Shown here in pieces: positions 57,762-64,000 of a stretch of 64,000 nt of DNA. The DNA is taken from positions 76,384,001 to 76,448,000 of the forward strand of contig NC_043006.1 of NCBI RefSeq assembly GCF_006345805.1, read 5' to 3'. Numbering within the stretch: the first letter of the stretch is position 1; each line of letters starts with the position of its first letter. The translations under genes were made by a program, and so were the position numbers. A model generated the notes under the pieces. It was not told where the DNA came from. It saw nothing but the letters and a program-made list of their open reading frames with translations, and did not search any database. This stretch comes from Octopus sinensis (lineage: Eukaryota).

Positions 57762-58594
57762 GAGTGCATAAATACACAAACAGAAGACAATTTATAGGGC
57801 TTCTTACATGCTAGAAGGGGCAGTCACAACCCAACCCACGAAAAGAATTCTTAATGCACGTTGGTTGTGGTCACTAGAGTGAATAAAAGTACCATAAACC
57901 TTATACTCATGAGCTGCTCTATTGATAACCAAATATATCAATTAGTCGATTGACCAATTAGCCATCTGTATCTCGCCAGTAAGGTCGCTGGGAAAATACA
58001 TAATTATGAAACTGAAATAAACGGTTGGGCACTCAAAATTTTGTTTCCCAACGTTCTAAGTTCGAATAGTATAGCAGTGAATAGATTCAATCATGTAATA
58101 ACTGGCCTAACAATTGAAAGAAATTAACTATATAAATATACGGGTAAAAATTATTAAATAACCTATTACTAGTCGTCCGAATATATAATAAAATCATAAG
58201 GCGTAAAATATTTGTTGATAAGATTGTATAAATACACAAAGAAAAGATCATCGATAGGACTTCTTACATGCTAGAAAGGGCAGTCACAACCGAAACCACG
58301 AAAAAATTCTTAAGGTACGTTGCTATTTGATCAATTGATAAATTGACTTATTTGGCCATTAACACTGAAACTCATGATTTAAAATTTACTATATTTTATT
58401 AACTCTAGTACCCACAAGCAGCATGCCGTAAGAATTTTTTTCGTGGTTTGGGTTGTTACTGCTGTTTCTAGCATCTAAGAAGTCCTGTCGATGGTCTTCT
58501 CTTTGTCTATTTATACAATCCTATAAACAAATGTTTTACGTCTTATGACTTTTATTATACATGCGAACCACTGGTAATAGATTATTTATACAAT
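57762..58594. repeat. Three diverged copies of a ~150-220 bp repeat: two direct, one inverted
   Basis: cttcttacatgctagaa..ggcagtcacaacc.aa.ccacgaaaa at ~57800 and ~58260; reverse complement at ~58440-58482. Confidence 0.85.
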
Positions 58595-58804
58595 GTCTTT
58601 TTTATTTGGTTCGCAAGATTCTTTATGGAAACTCTGGTGCTACAACCAATTTTAATATGTCTAGTGAGTTTTATTACACCAATATCACTAATACATACTT
58701 ACATCAATACATATATACATGTATACATACACGCTTACATATACATAGTGTCAAACACACATATATTGGCATGTTCCTAAATAAGCACGTAGGACTGAAA
58801 TAGT

Positions 58805-59018
58805 GATTTCAAAGTTTGGCGCAAGGCCAGCAATATCATTCAAGGAGATAAGTCGATTACATCGATCCCTCCACTCAACTGGTACTTACTTTATCGACCC
58901 CAGAAGGATGAAAAGCAAAGTCGACATCAGCGAAATTTGAACTCTGAACGTAAAGAGTAACGAAATGTCACTAAACATTTCGCCTGGCATGCTATCGATT
59001 TTGCGTGCTCACAGCCTT
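58805..59018 (-). mobile_element. Nin-domain SINE (older)
   Basis: agtcgattacatcga...aactggtactta.tttatcgacccc.gaaggatgaaa.gcaaagtcgac. Confidence 0.8.
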
Positions 59019-59579
59019 AGGACTGAAGTAATATTGAGGTGACACCGTTATTCCTGCACACTTGAAACAGGACGTATTTTACGAGAAATATTAAACTTTC
59101 TGTAATCTGTTTTATCATGCTAAAATAAAAGATCATTATTGTACAATGGTGCAAAGTGTATTCGATGAACATATACATGAATAAACTATACAGACAAAAT
59201 GGAGGCTTCAAAGCGTTTAAATGTATGTGATCTATTATATGTTTTTTTACTAAATATTTTCCTCAATACTGAAATAAATTATTTCTGTATTTTTGCTTTT
59301 GACTACTTCTCATTCTCACTCATTTGCTCACTGCAAGAACCGTGATGAACTTTGCTTTTGTTATTCGTTGTTTTCATGAATCCACATTGCATGTTTCCTA
59401 TCTGTGATAATAAAGTTACATTATCAACAGTAACAATATTACAGGCACAACATTCGCATAAAATAAATAAATAAATATAAACAAGAATAATGAAAGGATA
59501 ACAATAATGCTTCAAAGAGCACTGAATGAAAACTAAAAAAAATATTACCATTTTCGTAAAATTCAAATACAATCCTATA

Positions 59580-59880
59580 TGTACCCAATTCTAACAGAGG
59601 TTACGCAAGCCAACAACAAGTTTTTAAAAGTATTACTTGAAAACTCTCATCTTCAAGCAATTTGTAATATTATATTTATTGCACTAGATACCTACGAAGG
59701 CATTTATCAGACATACCCAAAAATCATTGTTGCATTTGAAGTGTTATTTACTGCAAATATATTCATGTTTGCTAAATGAATGTCATACATGATATATAGG
59801 TTTCTACAATGATATCATTGAACGTGAAGCCAATAAATAACGCCAAGTGTATTTCGCATCGTTGTATAATAGTATTTATT
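59580..59880 (+). mobile_element. Possible decayed hAT C-terminal dimerisation remnant
   Basis: TYPKIIVAFEVLFT and IIERE...FAS weakly resemble hAT YPNIxIAxRIxLT and LSIExE..FAS. Confidence 0.2.
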
Positions 59881-60149
59881 AGCAAGTCAATTTTCGAACA
59901 TGATTTGTATTTACTAACCAGAAATAGCACTGGTGCTGTTTGTTGGTTTCACATTCAAGCAAAGAATACATTTTAAATACTTCGTAAGCGCTTACATCAG
60001 AGACAAAGACGGTATGCGAATATTGAGGCAAATACTGAAGTACATTACAAGTATCAATAATATTGTTCTCCTCGTTAAGATGCCTCTTCAAATTATCATG
60101 AGTTTCTTGTGGGGCTACAAACTTCCTCTTGCTTTTGATGACAGTTAAA

Positions 60150-61085
60150 TTTAAACAGGCACAAAAGAATTTAGGAGACAACAAATGTAGTCAGTTGAAG
60201 GCTAAGACTGAAGACATCAACCATATTATAGCCAACTGTATGAAAATGTCTTCCAGATATCTTTCTATGAGGCATAGATGCAGGCCGGGACGGTGTGGAG
60301 CACGATAACAAAAAAGAGAATACCCACAAATGAAGATGACTATACTGGTCGAACTTCAAAATTAAAAGAGCCAACAAAGTTAAGATACAAGCAGCCAGAT
60401 ATTGTAATGTAGGGCCACAAAGAAAAGATATGTTCAGTTTGGAAAATCAGCAGCCCACTTAACCATGATGGGGTCAGAAAACTACAAAAGGAAGCGGACA
60501 TCTGTGGACCATTCACGAGGAGTTCGCAAATACATTTTCAGTCTCGTACCCATTATTATTGGAGCAACAGGATATATACCAACCCGTCTGGAGCAAGTAT
60601 AACTGAACTTGGAATCTTGGGGAGAGCATGCAAAGCATTAATTCATATGCTACAAATGATCACGATATCTGGGAATATGAAAAGCTGCCAAACATTAAGA
60701 TTCAAAGGATGTTTGTTAAATCAAGACACTTTCCGTCACAACTTTACCGCCAAGTCTGTGACCGGTCAAAATGTACTCTAAATTTAAAAAAAAAAGAGAG
60801 AGAGAAAGAGAGAGGGAGAGAGAGCATGCAAACATACGTTCATGAGATATGTAACACACTGCCTAAAGACCAATCTTAAGAAATTAGGCTTCTCAAGACC
60901 AGAAAGGAGGGAGTTAATTCGAAGACTACAGATTCAACCCATCACTGGAACTGTAAATATCTATGAAACTTTCCGGAAGTTTATTATCTAAATATATATG
61001 CGCATGTCTAGATATGCAACTATATGCATGCGAATACATACATAAAACAAGACATTCAAATCTGCACATATACATAAATACTGTT
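60150..61085 (+). mobile_element. Two tandem 3' fragments of RLE-type (R4/Dong-like) LINEs
   Basis: DNKC...EDINHIIANCMKMSSRYLSMRH (zinc knuckle), QPDIVM..KEKIC (PD nuclease), VPIIIGATGYIP; second end YVTHCLKTNLKKLGF...LQIQPITGTVNIYETFRKFII* at 60845-60990. Confidence 0.75.
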
Positions 61086-61489
61086 GTAAAGCGGTATTTT
61101 GCCACTGTTGTATCTGTCTTATGACGACGCCTGTACGTTTGGCAGATATTGTTATATTTCGAAATCGTCAATAGAATTATTCTATCTGCCACTGTACGAC
61201 CCCCAGTCGTACACTGTTATTATAATCAAAAGTTTGGATCGATATAACGTCCACTCAGTATCACAGTATAATTACTATATCAGCACAGACACTACTGTCA
61301 ACACAGTCTACACGTACTCTCGACTTTCTCACCTTCTCTTGTCGACCAGCTTCTGGTCTATTCATAATGGCTCTCTACTACCACTTTCAGAATTGGGGAT
61401 ATACCTAAGTATGGCTCTTAGTTTGGTATAAAAAAATAGCTTAATCTTCATCACAACTAGTTAAAAAAGGAGCATAAACAAATAGATCA

Positions 61490-62110
61490 GCAAACCGCCC
61501 ACCTTTAAGGTATAATCGCAGACTCATTAGACGTTCATTTATAGGAACAAGAAACTCCTACAATTTCTTAAGGATATCAGATCGAACTGCAAAGCCAAAC
61601 CCGGCCTCTCTGCGCTCCTACTTTGGCATCCCCTTCCAAAAAAAGGTATATCTACTTCCTACTTTCACAAGCTGACCATCACCTGAAAGTGCAGCTATAT
61701 CAATATTATAGCAGTTCAGCTTGCGAGTAGCAAGGGCTGTGCGCCTTTCAGGCCTACAATCACTCTTGTTATCCAACAGTGTGCACATTCCAACATGTAA
61801 TGTTCAAGTTCCATCCAAAGTTTGTAAATAAAAGTCTCCTTGCTTTTCGAGCGCAAACTGAACATCCGATATAGACAGACAGAAAATTTGGGGTTTACTC
61901 TTTTCTAGAACCTCCCCAGCCTCTGGGCGAGCAGTGCCCTCTCAAAGATGGAGCTGCTCAGACATCCATGCAGCAACCGAATCCTACCGCTATCTTGGGC
62001 GACAAGGAGACAGCTTTATATCTAGTATGGGCCGCATATGTGCAGGTCGCTGACTGCATGAATCCAACTCAACAATGCGTCACCACCTTCCCATCGCCGC
62101 AGGACATCCC
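61490..62110 (-). mobile_element. RTE (BovB-like) LINE 5' UTR and APE endonuclease N-terminus
   Basis: LNITCWNVHT/LDN..RPERRTALA..L..YNIDIAALS..GDGQL..VG..YTFFWKG..ERREAG.GFAV...INERLMSLRL with stops and a frameshift. Confidence 0.9.
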
Positions 62111-63414
62111 AATAAAAATAAGATAAATAAATTCTAAAAATAAATAAATATTTAAATATATACTGAAAATAAATAAATATATAAATATATACTAAAAATA
62201 AAGATACATATATACTGAAAATAAGATAAATATACATAAGAAAAAATAGAAATAGCAGCACATATCGAGCAGAGGTCAGCAATGCCTGTCAGAATTTTAG
62301 GTCTAATAAGGCTTGCACGACTCTTCATAGACCCACTCCACTTTATTTACATTACCAGAAACAAGTCAGCGCAAGATGTCTGGTGCCAATATCAATCGCA
62401 AGCTCAGGGATATTGGAGTGCTATGATCTCTAGCACAAACCAAAGATCCCCAAAATATCCGATGCCAATCCCTGCATATGTGGTTTTTATATCAGACTGA
62501 CCTTCTCGTAGAGACATGCTTTAACAGAAGCTGAGTGATGCCTCACTCTCAGTGGTCATACAGCACGCTGCACATCATCCCATAATTTCTGTGTACCCGT
62601 GCTATTACTTATTACTTGATAGCCGTTGAGCCTTCACTAGATTCACCCGACCTTTAAACAAATCTTGTTTTTAATCCTGCTGTGTTTCTAACAGCCCTCC
62701 TCACGAGACTGGCCTGGTGTCGGTGCCGGCTTATTCGTCGACAACCCGAACATGTAACATGTTGTACTGGATTCCATGTTACCAGTAGCACTTATGAGAG
62801 CCTCATAAATAACCTGACATACATACATACATTCATAGACATCAAAATTAAGATACGAATATTTGTAATTAGCAAAATTCTCCAGCTATATATGAACAAT
62901 TTTACATAATCAACATCCTAAACTAATAATGGTTAACATTTAAATGTAAAGCAAGACAGCGGATGTAAAACTTTTGTTCAAGCAAAGCTGTTAGTTTCGA
63001 ACAAAATCCGCCAAATGTTCTAATCGATAGTTATGTGAACTACAAAAGACTACTGCTTTTACTTGTCGTGTATGTTGGTAATATCCACCGAATTACTTTC
63101 CCTTATGTATTATCATATTGATCAAAGGAACCACTACTTGTTCAATTGATTCTCTATAATCCATATATGAATGCTACCTGACATACCACCGTTCTGACTT
63201 AAAATATAGAAGGTTTATTTCACCACTACTATACTCTATGGTTAGTTTCCACAAATTACTTCCAATCTAATCCACTTCTATCAACAGCTGGCATGTAACT
63301 TTGCATAATTCGTTTGCAAAATATTTGTTAGGTAATAATAATTAATATATTCTTATAATATTTTGCGTCAAACCAGTAATGATCTCATATATTTTCGATC
63401 AAACCAGTTCTGAA

Positions 63415-63735
63415 AGCCCATACCTTAGTGGTTAGGTTATTTGTCTCACCCTCACAAGGTCGTCATTTCAATTCCGGGCGACGCGTTGTGTCTTTGAGAA
63501 AGACACAGTATTTCACGTTGCTCCAGTCCACTCAGCTGACAAAAGTGAGTAGTACCTGTACTTCCAAGGGTCAGCTTTGTCACAGTCTTTGTCACAATGA
63601 ATGTCACTGAGAACTATGTAAAAGGCACGCCTGTCTGTGGAGTGCTCACGCAATTGCATGTTAATTTCACGAGCAGGTTGCATTAATTGGTTCAACTGAA
63701 TCTCTCGTCGTCGTAACCGAAAGAGTGCAAGAAAA
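63415..63735 (+). mobile_element. Older tRNA-derived SINE joining a family D core to the family C 3' body
   Basis: tttcacgttgctccagtccactcagctg, then gtctgtggagtgctca...gttaatttcacgagcagg...ctcgtcgtcgtaaccga. Confidence 0.8.
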
Positions 63736-64000
63736 AGCCGGTTTGTTTTTTTTTGCCTCTCCATTCAAGTATTGAATTTGTCTCTCTGAGACAATATAAT
63801 CTGTGTTCTATGATTCTTAAATACATTAGAGTGTTGAAAAACAGATAAGTTTCGTATTTAGATGAGATTAAAGGAATTCATATATAAAATGCCCACGTTT
63901 ATTTAACATGCTGAGAAAAGATGCTGAGGTAACCTTTGTGCTTGTGTGCCGGATCTAGATCAAGTTATTAAAGGCAGGGCTGTGAGCTATATATTTATCT

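Overview
AT-rich, microsatellite-saturated eukaryotic intergenic or intronic DNA. The tRNA-derived SINE families and repeat landscape look like an octopus (cephalopod) genome; this is an inference from pattern recognition, not from a search. I find no convincing host protein-coding exon, and almost all listed ORFs are microsatellite or repeat artefacts. The window is a transposon graveyard: four tRNA-headed SINE families (one with a Nin/Deu-like core), R4/Dong-like and RTE LINE fragments, two non-autonomous Helitrons, Tc1/mariner remnants, a MITE and an old ~3 kb tandem duplication. The most striking signal is a dense set of Penelope-like element (PLE) pieces (RT and GIY-YIG remnants plus 3' ends). 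Most sit in (AT)n tracts, many form long inverted repeats or palindromes, and several carry type I hammerhead ribozymes (HHRs) with palindromic stem III: five intact-looking motifs and several decayed or variant ones. One short element joins a tRNA-like Pol III head to a decayed hammerhead, has a PLE-style inverted 5' duplication, and shares its 3' end with the inverted terminus of a Penelope RT copy elsewhere in the window. It is a candidate Penelope-mobilised, ribozyme-bearing SINE.
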